DNA from: Myxococcota bacterium
Lineage (GTDB): Bacteria > Myxococcota_A > UBA9160 > UBA4427
Direction of reading: 5' to 3'
Assembly: GCA_965250285.1 (NCBI GenBank)
Contig: OZ252299.1
Location: 5,952,001 to 6,016,000 of the forward strand
Length of the DNA: 64,000 nucleotides
This document shows, one piece after another, positions 13,640-23,234 of this stretch (position 1 is the first letter of the stretch; each line of letters starts with the position of its first letter). The notes under the pieces were generated by a model. That model ran no database searches. It saw only the letters and a program-made list of their open reading frames with translations, and was not told the DNA's origin. The translations under genes and the position numbers were made by a program.

Positions 13640-15223
13640 ATGCCCCCCTCCGAGTCGCGTCGACCCGTGTCGCGCGCCCTGCTTTCGGTTTCGGACAAGA
13701 CCGGCCTCGTCGACTTCGCCAAGGGCCTCGCCGCGGCGGGCGTCGAACTCGTCGCGAGCGGTGGCACCGCGAGCGCGATTCGCGACGCCGGCCTCACGGT
13801 GCTCGACGTCAGTGACCTCACGAAGAGCCCCGAGATGCTCGGCGGGCGCGTGAAGACGCTGCACCCGAAGGTGCATGGCGGCATCCTCGGCCGCCGCGAT
13901 CTCGAGAGCGATGCGGCCGACATGCAGGCCAACGACATCGCTCCGATCGACCTCGTCGTGGTCAATCTCTACCCCTTCGAAGAGACCGTTGCGCAACCGG
14001 GCACGACCTTCGCCGAGGGCATCGAGAAGATCGACATCGGCGGGCCTTCGATGCTGCGCAGCTCGGCCAAGAACCACGCCTACGTGGGCGTGGTCTGCGA
14101 TCCCGGCGACTACGCCCAGGTGCTCGCCGAGATCAGCGACGAAGGGGGCCTCGCCGAGAAGACGCGCCAGGGGCTCGCGCTCAAGGCGTTCCGCATGACG
14201 GCTGCCTACGATGCCGCGATCCAGACGTGGCTGGCCGAGCAGACCGGGGATCGCGTCGGCGAAGACGATGGCGCGGCGTTCAGTGACAAGCTGCTCGTAT
14301 CGCTGCCCAAGGCCGACGAGCTTCGCTACGGCGAGAACCCCCACCAGGCGGCTGCGCTCTACGGCGACTTCCTCGAGATCGCGAAGCCGCTCCACGGCAA
14401 GGCGCTGTCGTTCAACAACATCGTCGACGTGCAGGCGTCGCTCGCGTTGATCAAGGATTTCGATCCTTCTGCCGGTGCCGTGGTGGCGATCCTCAAGCAC
14501 AACACGCCGTGCGGTGTCGGCCTCGGCGCGTCGCCGCTCGAGGCATACGAGCGGGCGTTCGAGACCGACCCCGATTCGCCGTTCGGCGGCATCATCGTGT
14601 CGAACGTGCCCTTCGACCTCGCGATCGCCGAGAAGGTAGACGAGATCTTCACCGAGGTGCTCGTCGCGCCGGGCTTCGACGAGGCGTCGCTCGCGATACT
14701 CCAGAAGAAGAAGAACCGCCGACTGCTCAGCTACGACCCGGCGCGCCTGCCCGAGGCCCAGCTCGACGTGCGCGGCGTCTACGGTGGGCTGCTCGTGCAG
14801 ACGCCCGATCTCGCCGCCGACGAGCTGGCGACCGCTCAGTGTGTCACCAAGATCAAGCCGAGCGACGAGCAGCAGCGCGCCCTCGAGCTGATGTGGCGTG
14901 TGGTCAAGCACGTGAAGAGCAACGCGATCGTCTTCGGTGACGACGGCCGCACGCTGGCCGTCGGCGGCGGCGCGACCTCTCGCGTCGACGCCGTGCACGC
15001 GGCCGTGGCGAAGGCCGGCCGCGTCGGGCTCTCACTCGAGGGCTCGGTGCTCGCGAGCGACGCGTTCTTCCCGTTCCCCGACGGCCTCGAAGCGGCGGTC
15101 GGTGCGGGTGCGCGCGCGGTGATCCAGCCGGGCGGCTCGAATCGCGACGAGCTCGTGATCGAGGCGGCCGACCGGCTGGGGATCCCGATGCTGTTCACCG
15201 GCAAGCGGCACTTCCGGCACTGA
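13640..15223 (+). CDS. purH: Bifunctional AICAR transformylase/IMP cyclohydrolase
   Basis: ALLSVSDKTG, GRVKTLHP, LRYGENPHQ, SDAFFPF and RHFRH motifs. Confidence 0.97.
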   Translation: MPPSESRRPVSRALLSVSDKTGLVDFAKGLAAAGVELVASGGTASAIRDAGLTVLDVSDLTKSPEMLGGRVKTLHPKVHGGILGRRDLESDAADMQANDIAPIDLVVVNLYPFEETVAQPGTTFAEGIEKIDIGGPSMLRSSAKNHAYVGVVCDPGDYAQVLAEISDEGGLAEKTRQGLALKAFRMTAAYDAAIQTWLAEQTGDRVGEDDGAAFSDKLLVSLPKADELRYGENPHQAAALYGDFLEIAKPLHGKALSFNNIVDVQASLALIKDFDPSAGAVVAILKHNTPCGVGLGASPLEAYERAFETDPDSPFGGIIVSNVPFDLAIAEKVDEIFTEVLVAPGFDEASLAILQKKKNRRLLSYDPARLPEAQLDVRGVYGGLLVQTPDLAADELATAQCVTKIKPSDEQQRALELMWRVVKHVKSNAIVFGDDGRTLAVGGGATSRVDAVHAAVAKAGRVGLSLEGSVLASDAFFPFPDGLEAAVGAGARAVIQPGGSNRDELVIEAADRLGIPMLFTGKRHFRH

Positions 15224-15264
15224 TCGCGGCCGGGCGGGCGCTCGGGCCCTTCGAGCTGCTGGCG

Positions 15265-15318
15265 TGCTCCGTGTGCTTGGCCTGCTCGGTGTGCTCGGGG
15301 TGCTCGGGGTGCTCGGTG
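15265..15318 (+). repeat. Six imperfect tandem 9-bp units (consensus TGCTCGGKG) in the purH-purD spacer
   Basis: tgctccgtg tgcttggcc tgctcggtg tgctcgggg tgctcgggg tgctcggtg, directly before the purD SD (gaggagg). Confidence 0.75.
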
Positions 15319-15334
15319 TAAGAGGAGGCGTGAG

Positions 15335-16615
15335 ATGAAGGTCCTGGTGCTGGGCTCAGGTGGACGCGAGCACGCGCTCGTCTGGAAGATCGCGCAGAGC
15401 GAGCGGGTCGAAGCGGTGCTCGCAGCACCGGGCAGCGCCGCGATGAGCGAGCTGGCCGAGTGTCATCCCGAGGTGTCGGTGAACGACCTCGACGCCGTCG
15501 TCGAGCTCGCGGGCAACGAGGGGGTCGATCTGGTCGTGGTCGGGCCCGAGGATCCGCTCGCCGCCGGCGTGAGCGATCGCCTGCGCGACGCGGGCATCCA
15601 CGTCTTCGGCCCGTCGGCCGCCGCTGCACAGCTCGAAGGCAGCAAGGCGTTCGCGAAGGCCTTCATGGATCGCCACGCGATCCCGACCGCGGCGCATGCC
15701 GTTTTCGATGACCTCGATGCAGCGCTCGCCTACGTGCGCGATCAGAACAAGCCCTGCGTGGTGAAGGCCGACGGTCTCGCCGCGGGCAAGGGCGTCGCCA
15801 TGTGTGAAGACGTCGCGGCGGCCGAAGCGGCGCTGCGCGAGATCATGGCCGACAAGCGCTTTGGCGAGGCCGGCGACACGGTGGTCATCGAAGAGTGGCT
15901 GCAGGGCGAAGAGGCGAGCTACTACGCGATCAGCGACGGCGACCACATCGTCTGCCTCGCAGCGGCGCAGGATCACAAGCGCGCCCTCGACGGCGACCAG
16001 GGCGAGAACACCGGGGGCATGGGTGCCTACTCGCCGGCGCCGGTGGTGAACGACGCCGTCGAGCGCAAGATCATCGATCGGGTCGTCACGCCGACGATCG
16101 CGGGCATGAAGGCCGAGGGGCATCCCTATCAGGGCGTGCTCTTCGTCGGGCTCATGATCGACGCCGCGGGCGACCCCTACGTCATCGAGTTCAACGTGCG
16201 CTTCGGCGACCCCGAGACCCAGCCGCTCATGGCGCGCATGCAGGGCGATTTCGTCCCGCTGCTCGATGGCGCGGCCAAGGGCGACCTGACCGGCGCGCCG
16301 CCGCTCGACTGGGGGGCGAGCGCGGTCTGTGTGGTGATGGCGAGCGGGGGCTATCCGCGCAGCTATCCGAAGGGGCTCGCCATCGGTGGCCTCGACGCGG
16401 CGTCGGCGCGCGCGGGCGTGACCGTCTTTCACGCGGGCACACACCGAACCGACTCGGGCGGGTTCCACACGAACGGCGGACGCGTGCTCGGCGTGACCGC
16501 GCTGGGTCCGACGGTGAAGGAGGCGCGCGACCTCGCGTACGCCGCCGTCGCCGACATCGAGTTCGACGGCGCGCACCACCGCAGCGACATCGCGGCCCGC
16601 GCCCTCGATCGCTGA
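15335..16615 (+). CDS. purD: Phosphoribosylamine--glycine ligase
   Basis: GSGGREHAL, KADGLAAGKGV, NTGGMGAYSP and EFNVRFGDPE motifs. Confidence 0.97.
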   Translation: MKVLVLGSGGREHALVWKIAQSERVEAVLAAPGSAAMSELAECHPEVSVNDLDAVVELAGNEGVDLVVVGPEDPLAAGVSDRLRDAGIHVFGPSAAAAQLEGSKAFAKAFMDRHAIPTAAHAVFDDLDAALAYVRDQNKPCVVKADGLAAGKGVAMCEDVAAAEAALREIMADKRFGEAGDTVVIEEWLQGEEASYYAISDGDHIVCLAAAQDHKRALDGDQGENTGGMGAYSPAPVVNDAVERKIIDRVVTPTIAGMKAEGHPYQGVLFVGLMIDAAGDPYVIEFNVRFGDPETQPLMARMQGDFVPLLDGAAKGDLTGAPPLDWGASAVCVVMASGGYPRSYPKGLAIGGLDAASARAGVTVFHAGTHRTDSGGFHTNGGRVLGVTALGPTVKEARDLAYAAVADIEFDGAHHRSDIAARALDR

Positions 16616-16635
16616 TCGCCCTCGGTCGACCCGCC

Positions 16636-17286
16636 TTGACGCTGACTGCGCCCATCGCCGACGCCCTCGACCGACTCGCCGACCGCGAGCTCGTGGCGTA
16701 TCCGACCGAGACCGGGTGGGGCGTCGGTGCGCTCGCGCGCTCGGCCCAGGCCGTGGATCGACTGCGCGCGTGGAAGGGACGCAGCGAGGTCAAGCCGTTC
16801 CCCGTGCTCGTCGGCAACACGGCGGCGATCGAATCGGGGGGCTTCGTGGTCGACGCGGGGGTGCGCCGCGTGGTCGAAGCGTTCTGGCCGGGGCCGCTGA
16901 CGGTGATCCTGCGCTGCCGCGAACGCTACGCGCCGGGGATCGCGAACGCCGACGGCGCGATCGGCGTGCGGTGCAGTCCGCACCCGGTGGCCGCTGCGCT
17001 CGCGACGGGGGCCCAGGAGCGGGGCCTCGGACCGATCACCGCGGCGAGCCTCGGCAAAGCCGGCGAGGCCCCGGCCGAGACGCTCGACGATGCGCGGCGC
17101 GTGTGTGCGACGCCGCCCGCCCCGTGGCTCGTCGAGCCGGGCGCCGACGACGCGAACGGAGAGGCGCCGTCGACCGTGCTCGACCTCGCGAGCGGACGCC
17201 CGCGCGTGCTGCGCCTCGGCCCCATCGCGCGCGAAGCGATCGCCGAGGTCCTCGGTCTCGAGGTCGACGCCGCGCCCGGGGCTTGA
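16636..17286 (+). CDS. tsaC: Threonylcarbamoyl-AMP synthase (TsaC/YrdC family), atypical motifs
   Basis: YPTET, KGR, FWPGPLT and PSTVLD motifs. TTG start estimated. Confidence 0.8.
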   Translation: MTLTAPIADALDRLADRELVAYPTETGWGVGALARSAQAVDRLRAWKGRSEVKPFPVLVGNTAAIESGGFVVDAGVRRVVEAFWPGPLTVILRCRERYAPGIANADGAIGVRCSPHPVAAALATGAQERGLGPITAASLGKAGEAPAETLDDARRVCATPPAPWLVEPGADDANGEAPSTVLDLASGRPRVLRLGPIAREAIAEVLGLEVDAAPGA

Positions 17287-17449
17287 TGCGGGCCGCGGCG
17301 ACGCACGCATCGTCGACACGCGCGATCCTCAGGTGGGCCCCACACTCTCGGTGCCCGGGGCCTGATTCGGCGTCGCGCGGGCCGGGGTACGCTGTGCCCG
17401 ACCGCTCTCGGCTCGCTGGCTCGAGGCCCATCGCTGCAGGAGACCGCGC

Positions 17450-18721
17450 ATGACCGTGACCCGTCCCTTTCGAGCCGTGCGTTACGACACCGGCAAGGTC
17501 GACCTCGGTCGCGTGATCGTGCCGCCCTACGACGTGATCGCGGCCGATGAGCGCGCCGGCTTCTTCGAGCGCGATCCGCACAACGCGATCCGGCTCGAGC
17601 TGACCCGCGATGTCGCCGACGAGGCGAGCACCGACTACGCCGATGTCGCCGACACGTTCGAGGGCTGGCTCAGCGAGGGCGCGCTGGTGCAGGACGACGC
17701 ACCCGGGTTCTACGTGATGCGTCAGACGTTCACGGCGCCGGACGGTGAGACGCTGGCTCGCATCGGCTTCTTCGCCGAGCTGGGGCTGGCCGACTACGAG
17801 GAGCGCATCGTACGTCCCCACGAGCGCACGCTGGCGGGCCCCAAGGCCGACCGATTGAAGATCCTGCGCGCCGCGAAGGCCAATCTGTCGAGCGTGTTCC
17901 TGCTCTACGAAGACCGCGAGGACATCCTCGCCATCGATCTCGAGCGCGCCTTCGAAGACGGATTCATCGGCGAGGCGAAGGATGAAGCGGGGGTGCACTA
18001 CGCGCTCGCGCGGCTGACCGATGCCGACAGCTGCGCGCGCATCGAAGCCTTCATGGACGCGCATCCGACGGTGATCGCCGACGGGCACCATCGCTACGAA
18101 ACGGCGCTCGCGTACCGCGACGAGCAGCGTGCGGCGCATGGCGGCGATGCCGGCGACGCCGAGAGCACGCTGGCGTACTTCGCGAACGCGTGGGCGCCCG
18201 GCAGCCTGTTGTTGCCGATTCATCGCGTGGTCGTCGCCGCGGCGCCGCCGACGTCGCTCGAGGGTTGGCTCGAGGCGCTGCCCGACTGGCAGGGCAAGAC
18301 CGTGCCGATCGCGGGCATCGACGCCGCGGCGGGCGTCCTCGACGAGCACCTGGCCCCGCTCGCGGGCCACCCGGCCTTCGCCGCCGACGATGGCTCGGGC
18401 CAGCTTCACGTCCTCTGGCGCGATGAAGAACTCGGCGAGCAGCTCGGGGTGCGCGTGCTCGAGAGCGACGTGATCGGCGCGGTGTTCGGCCTCGACACCG
18501 ACGCGATCCGCAATGGCGCGGTGCGGTTTCCGAAGAGCGCGGCGCGCGCGGCGCGCGAGGTGCGCGACGGAGAGGGCCAGGTGGCGCTCTACCTGAATCC
18601 GCTGGCGCCCGACGACGTGTTTCGGGCCACCGAGCGCGGCGAGGTCATGCCGCAGAAGTCGACCTACTTTCATCCCAAGATCCCGACGGGCATGGTCTTT
18701 CGGGCGCACGGCCGGTCGTGA
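17450..18721 (+). CDS. DUF1015 family protein
   Basis: PPYDVI, PHERT, IADGHHRYETAL and MPQKSTYFHPK motifs. Confidence 0.9.
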   Translation: MTVTRPFRAVRYDTGKVDLGRVIVPPYDVIAADERAGFFERDPHNAIRLELTRDVADEASTDYADVADTFEGWLSEGALVQDDAPGFYVMRQTFTAPDGETLARIGFFAELGLADYEERIVRPHERTLAGPKADRLKILRAAKANLSSVFLLYEDREDILAIDLERAFEDGFIGEAKDEAGVHYALARLTDADSCARIEAFMDAHPTVIADGHHRYETALAYRDEQRAAHGGDAGDAESTLAYFANAWAPGSLLLPIHRVVVAAAPPTSLEGWLEALPDWQGKTVPIAGIDAAAGVLDEHLAPLAGHPAFAADDGSGQLHVLWRDEELGEQLGVRVLESDVIGAVFGLDTDAIRNGAVRFPKSAARAAREVRDGEGQVALYLNPLAPDDVFRATERGEVMPQKSTYFHPKIPTGMVFRAHGRS

Positions 18722-19044
18722 GCACGCCGCCCCGCGGTCGCAAGCGGCGCCGCCGCAGCTCGCCTCGGGCCGTCGGTGACATGCTCGAGACCGTGCTCGG
18801 CGACCTCGGTCTCGACGCCGCCGCCCGGGCCTTTCGCGTCGGCGAGCACTGGGCCGAGACCGTCGGCGAGGCGGGCGCCCAGCACAGCCGGTGTGTCGGG
18901 CTGCGCGGGTCGGTCCTCGAGATCGCCGTCGACTCGAGCGTCTGGTGTCAGCAGCTGCAGCTTGAGAAGGCCCGCCTGCTCGAAGGCTTGCGGGAGCGGC
19001 TTGGCGACGAGGCGCCCACCGACATCCGTTTTCGTGTGGGTTGA
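18718..19044 (+). CDS. dciA: DUF721/DciA family protein
   Basis: W(AETV)G...HSR...LEIAVDSSVWCQQLQ...DIRFRVG pattern; GTGA overlap with the DUF1015 stop. Confidence 0.78.
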   Translation: MSTPPRGRKRRRRSSPRAVGDMLETVLGDLGLDAAARAFRVGEHWAETVGEAGAQHSRCVGLRGSVLEIAVDSSVWCQQLQLEKARLLEGLRERLGDEAPTDIRFRVG

Positions 19045-19099
19045 GCCCCCCGGCGGGCCCGATTCGGGCGGAATCCAGGGCGCCGTCCACGCCAAGCAC

Positions 19100-19108
19100 T
19101 GGTAGACT
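19100..19108 (+). promoter_or_regulatory. Extended -10 element (TGGTAGACT) directly before the small 4-Cys gene
   Basis: TGnTAnnnT match ending 5 nt before GTG 19114 and 8 nt before ATG 19117. Confidence 0.55.
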
Positions 19109-19116
19109 TCGCGGTG

Positions 19117-19326
19117 ATGGCACTTCAGACGCGAAACGACGAGCCGGTGGCCCAGACTGCACCCGACGGCGTGGCCTGCGACTTCTGTGGAGACGTGGTC
19201 CCGAGCGTTCGCCGGGTCGCCCTCGACGGCGACTACGAGCGGCTGCGCACCCGCCATCGTGTGCGGTACTCGTGCGCGTCCTGCTTCGAGAAGAAGGAGG
19301 CCGAGCGCACGGCGCGCGCCGGCTGA
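19117..19326 (+). CDS. Small hypothetical protein with two CxxC motifs (putative zinc ribbon)
   Basis: CDFC and CASC motifs, GC3-rich codons, fills the intergenic gap. Alternative GTG start at 19114. Confidence 0.7.
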   Translation: MALQTRNDEPVAQTAPDGVACDFCGDVVPSVRRVALDGDYERLRTRHRVRYSCASCFEKKEAERTARAG

Positions 19327-19384
19327 GCCGCTTCAGTCTGCGGGCGGAGCCGGCCTCTGGCCGCTCTGATACGGGTCGCTCGGG

Positions 19385-19413
19385 TTGACCCGAGAGGCGG
19401 ACTTCTCTAGGTT
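19385..19413 (+). promoter_or_regulatory. sigma70-type promoter of the rpsP operon
   Basis: TTGACC - 17 nt - TAGGTT. Confidence 0.7.
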
Positions 19414-19665
19414 CCGCGCCCGTTTGGAGGCATCCGCCGCCTTCGGCGCCCACCCGACCACGCGCCCGCTCGCAGGGGCTCGCGCAGGCCGGGCGGCGTC
19501 AGCATCAACGGCATCACATCGAGTCCGAGACTCGGCCCACCTCGACGCTCCGCGCCCGCGCGCGATGCCGTCGGCGTGAGACCGGGCCGCGCTCGACGCA
19601 CAGCACGAGCAATTCATCGAGGCGACCGCCTGCGTGCGGTGGCCGACCGAGAGGACCGACCGCAC

Positions 19666-19920
19666 ATGGTCAAGATTCGCCTGACCCGGGGTGGCTCGAA
19701 GAAGCGCCCCTTCTACCGCGTGACCGCCATCGACGAGCGCAAGCGCCGCGATGGCCGCCCGCTCGAGTTCCTGGGCACCTACGACCCGAAGCCCGAGCAG
19801 GAAGACATCAAGCTCGACATCGCCGGCATCGAGAAGTGGGTCGCCAAGGGCGCCCAGGTGAGCGAGACCGTCGCCGGCCTGATGAAGAAGCAGCGCAAGG
19901 CTGCTGGAGCCGCGAGCTGA
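19666..19920 (+). CDS. rpsP: 30S ribosomal protein S16
   Basis: MVKIRLTRGGSKKRPFYR...RDGRPLEFLGTYDP. Confidence 0.97.
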   Translation: MVKIRLTRGGSKKRPFYRVTAIDERKRRDGRPLEFLGTYDPKPEQEDIKLDIAGIEKWVAKGAQVSETVAGLMKKQRKAAGAAS

Positions 19921-20156
19921 TGGCCGACGAGCGCGCCGCTGAAGAGCTGGTCGAGTTCATCGCGAAGGCCCTCGTCGACGACACCGACGCGGTGGCCGTC
20001 AAGCGATCCGAAGACGGACGCACGCTCGAGCTCGAGACGGCGGCCGACGACCGCGGTCGCGTGATTGGTCGCCAGGGCCGCGTCGCCAAGGCGATGCGCG
20101 CGCTGCTCGGCGCGTCGAGCGCCGGTAGCCAGCTGCGACTCGACATCGTCGACTGA
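19920..20156 (+). CDS. khpA: KH-domain RNA-binding protein
   Basis: ELVEFIAKALVD...GRVIGRQGR; TGATG coupling to rpsP; canonical position. Confidence 0.9.
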   Translation: MADERAAEELVEFIAKALVDDTDAVAVKRSEDGRTLELETAADDRGRVIGRQGRVAKAMRALLGASSAGSQLRLDIVD

Positions 20157-20290
20157 GTCGGAGGTCGGGGCCATGCTGCTTCGACCGACCGCCCGCCGCC
20201 GCCGCATCGAAGCCGTGCGCGCGATTCGGGCTCTCCTGATCGATCTCGGCCGTTTGGAGCGCACTCGCGCCTGCGGTCTCTGCCCTCGCC

Positions 20291-20839
20291 ATGGCCTCTG
20301 ACGCCCGCGAAGAGCGCGTCCTGCTCGGGCGCGTCGTCGGCGCCCATGCACTCAAGGGCGAACTGCGCGTACGTTTCTTCGGCGACGGACCGGGGCAGCT
20401 ACTGAACGCCGAGCAGGTCTACCTCGGTGCGAACGACGAACAGCCCGAACGCGCGCGGGCGCACGACGTCATGCGCACGGGCACCGGTCGCGCCGGCGAG
20501 GTGCGGATGCTGCTCACAGGGGTCGAAGGACGCGACGCCGCCGATGCGCTCAAGGGGCAGGCGGTGTTCGGCCTGCTCGCCGAGCTGCCCGAGCTCGGCG
20601 ACGACGAGTTCTACTGGCACGAGCTCGTGGGCTTCGAGGTCGTGAGCGACGACGGCGAAGCGATCGGCACCGTGCGGGAGCTCTGGGAGACCGGCGCCCA
20701 CGACGTCCTCGTGGTCGATGGCGTCGACGGCCAGCAGGTGCTGCTCCCCACCGCGCGCGAGTTCATGACCTCGGTCGACCGCGCGGCGCGCCGCATCGAG
20801 TTCAATCTGTGGCCGGGGCTGCTCGACCAGCAGGCGTGA
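20291..20839 (+). CDS. rimM: Ribosome maturation factor RimM
   Basis: GAHALKGE, EFYWHELVG and TGAHDVLVV motifs. Confidence 0.94.
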   Translation: MASDAREERVLLGRVVGAHALKGELRVRFFGDGPGQLLNAEQVYLGANDEQPERARAHDVMRTGTGRAGEVRMLLTGVEGRDAADALKGQAVFGLLAELPELGDDEFYWHELVGFEVVSDDGEAIGTVRELWETGAHDVLVVDGVDGQQVLLPTAREFMTSVDRAARRIEFNLWPGLLDQQA

Positions 20840-20881
20840 CGACGCGCTTCGCGGGCGCACGACGAGGGGAGACGGGGCTCG

Positions 20882-21697
20882 ATGCGCATCGACATCATCA
20901 CGCTCTTCCCCGAGCTCTTCGGCCCGTTCCTCGACGTGTCGTTCGTCGGTCAGGCGCGCGAGAAGGGCCTCGTCGACGTGACCGTGCACGATCTGCGCGA
21001 CTGGGCGACCGATCGGCACCGCACGGTCGACGACAGTCCGTACGGCGGAGGCCCGGGCATGCTGATGGCGCCCGAACCGCTCGTGCCGGCGATCGAGGCG
21101 GTGGCCGGGCCGAAGGGCGCCGATCGGGTCGCTCACGTCGCAGCGCTTTCCCCGCAGGGCGCACCACTTGGGCAGGATCGACTCGCCGAGCTCGCTGGGC
21201 TCGGCCACCTCGTGCTCGTGTGCGGTCGGTACGAGGGCATCGACGACCGGGTGTACGAGCTCGCTGTCGATGAAGAGATCTCGATCGGCGACTACGTGCT
21301 GTCGGGGGGCGAGCTGCCGGCGATGGTGTTGATCGAGGGGCTCGCGCGCCTCGTGCCGGGGGTGCTCGGCAATCCGGAATCCGCCCGAATCGACTCCTTT
21401 GGGGGCGGACTTCTGGAGGGACCGCAGTATACTCGGCCGCCCATTTATCGTGGCCTGGCCGTGCCCGACGTCCTCCGATCGGGCGATCACGCGGCCATCG
21501 CACGTTGGCGTGCCGAGCAGGCCCTCGAACGGACTCGTAAGAGACGACCCGATCTGGTGAGCGCTCGCGACGATCGCGAAGCGAACACGGATGTCGACGT
21601 CGATGCGCGAGGCGACGGTTCGGGGGAACGGTCGACCAAAGGCGACGGACACGATGAGCGCGGCGCGAAGGGGCGCGGCGCGCACGACGAGAGTTGA
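20882..21697 (+). CDS. trmD: tRNA (guanine37-N1)-methyltransferase
   Basis: [20 protein letters not shown] and [11 protein letters not shown] motifs; charged C-terminal tail. Confidence 0.96.
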   Translation: MRIDIITLFPELFGPFLDVSFVGQAREKGLVDVTVHDLRDWATDRHRTVDDSPYGGGPGMLMAPEPLVPAIEAVAGPKGADRVAHVAALSPQGAPLGQDRLAELAGLGHLVLVCGRYEGIDDRVYELAVDEEISIGDYVLSGGELPAMVLIEGLARLVPGVLGNPESARIDSFGGGLLEGPQYTRPPIYRGLAVPDVLRSGDHAAIARWRAEQALERTRKRRPDLVSARDDREANTDVDVDARGDGSGERSTKGDGHDERGAKGRGAHDES

Positions 21698-21777
21698 ATT
21701 CACATGGGCCGGTCCGGATCGACGGCGGCCCTTCGCACCGGTCGACCGGCCGGTGATGCATGAGACGAGGTGAGACG

Positions 21778-22446
21778 ATGAGGACGCTGGACTTCATCGA
21801 GAGCGAAACGCTCCGACGCGATCTGCCCCCCTTCCGTGTGGGCGATGCCGTGCGCGTGCACGCCAAGGTGCGCGAAGGCGAGAAGGAGCGCATTCAGGTC
21901 TTCGAAGGCGTCGTGATTCGCCGCAAGGGCACGGGCGCGGGCGAGACGTTCACCGTGCGCAAGATCGCGAGCGGCGTCGGCGTCGAGCGCATCTTCCCGG
22001 TGCAGTCGCCGCTGATCACGAAGCTCGAGATCCGCAACCGCGGCTACGTGCGTCGCTCGAAGCTCTACTACCTGCGCGAGCTGACCGGCAAGAAGGCGCG
22101 CCTCAAGAGCAAGGTGCGCGATCTCTCCGACCTGCTCTCGCCCGAGGCCGCCGAGCATGCCGCGAACGCCGCTGCCGCCACGGACGAAGAGCTGACCGAG
22201 CCCGTGGCCGAGGTCGCCGCCGAGACCACCGACGAGAAGGCCGGCAAGAAGCTCAAGGGCAAGGCGCGCAAGAAGGCGAAGGCGGCCGAGAAGGCCGTGC
22301 GCATGGAGCAGCTCCAGAAGGAAGAGGCCGACCGCGCTGCCAAGAAGGCGGAAGCAGAAGCCAAGGCGGCCGCCGAGGCGGAAGCCGACGCCGAGACCGA
22401 GGCCGACGGCGGTGGGGACGAGGCCGCCGAAGAGAAGTCGGAGTAG
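21778..22446 (+). CDS. rplS: 50S ribosomal protein L19 with long C-terminal extension
   Basis: [19 protein letters not shown] and [10 protein letters not shown] motifs, then an about 100-aa A/E/K-rich tail. Confidence 0.95.
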   Translation: MRTLDFIESETLRRDLPPFRVGDAVRVHAKVREGEKERIQVFEGVVIRRKGTGAGETFTVRKIASGVGVERIFPVQSPLITKLEIRNRGYVRRSKLYYLRELTGKKARLKSKVRDLSDLLSPEAAEHAANAAAATDEELTEPVAEVAAETTDEKAGKKLKGKARKKAKAAEKAVRMEQLQKEEADRAAKKAEAEAKAAAEAEADAETEADGGGDEAAEEKSE

Positions 22447-22525
22447 CGCGACGGGCTCGGGACCGCTTTGAGCGGGTCCTTCGAGCGCGGGTCACGCCCG
22501 CCGTCGCAGCAGACAGGCTCACCGA

Positions 22526-22557
22526 GCGCCGTTGTGGATTCAGGTCCACAACGGCGC
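22526..22557 (+). terminator. Intrinsic terminator-like hairpin after rplS
   Basis: 13-bp perfect stem gcgccgttgtgga / tccacaacggcgc with a 6-nt loop, followed by gtctgtttct. Confidence 0.72.
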
Positions 22558-22729
22558 GTCTGTTTCTGGGGGCCGGTTTGCGGGTCGGCGCACGCAGCCG
22601 AACAGCGGGTCGGAGCTGGGGGCGGCGGGCTCGAGGTGCGGAGCCCCGGAAGCATCTGAATACGCGGCCGCGGCAGCGCATTGGCCGTGCCGCGTGGGAG
22701 CGCGGGCCCGCTCATCGCGGGCGGAGCGA

Positions 22730-23104
22730 CTACGGGGCGCTGGTGCCTTCGCGGCCGAAGTCGTCGCTCAGGCGCACGACGTCGTCGATCTCGGGCGTGC
22801 TCACTTCGACGAGTCGCACCTGCTTGTCGAGCGCTTCGAAGCGGTGCTTCTTGCCGACCGGGATGCGGCTGTTCTCGCCCGGCTCGAGATCGTGCAGGCG
22901 GATCTCGCCGTCGTCGCCTTCGAGGTGCAGGCGCAGCGTGCCCTCGAGCACGATCAGGCTCTCGTCCTTCAGCTCGTGGTACTGCAGTGAGAGCCGCTTG
23001 CCCGGATCGATCGTGATGATCTTGCCGACGTAGCGATCGGTGTGGGCCCAGATCAGCTCGTTGCCCCAGGGCTTGTCGACATGGCGCTTCTCTTCGCCCG
23101 GCAT
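22730..23104 (-). CDS. Cupin domain protein (mannose-6-phosphate isomerase type II C-terminal-like)
   Basis: KPWG, RLSLQYHELKDE, HRFEA and EVSTPEIDDVVRLSDDFGR motifs; AGGAG SD. Confidence 0.88.
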   Translation of the reverse strand: MPGEEKRHVDKPWGNELIWAHTDRYVGKIITIDPGKRLSLQYHELKDESLIVLEGTLRLHLEGDDGEIRLHDLEPGENSRIPVGKKHRFEALDKQVRLVEVSTPEIDDVVRLSDDFGREGTSAP

Positions 23105-23234
23105 GCTGGCTCCTTCTACGCACGGCGCGCCACTGCGGGGCGCGGAGTGTATCACGAAGGATGTCCCCGATGCGGGCGCAGAGGTGACGTGCGCATTCAT
23201 GGAGCGTTGCGTTGCAGTTGCAACGCCACGTTGC

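Noticed and set aside
19118..19133. sigma54-like TGGCAC-N5-ACGC
   Set aside because: The -12 element is not TTGC and the site lies inside the small ORF start.
17036..19453. 805-aa minus-strand ORF, and similar long ORFs at 36426-38843, 36707-38983 and 60653-63043
   Set aside because: They overlap well-supported genes in other frames, have R/A/G/P-rich or antisense-type composition, and show no family motifs.
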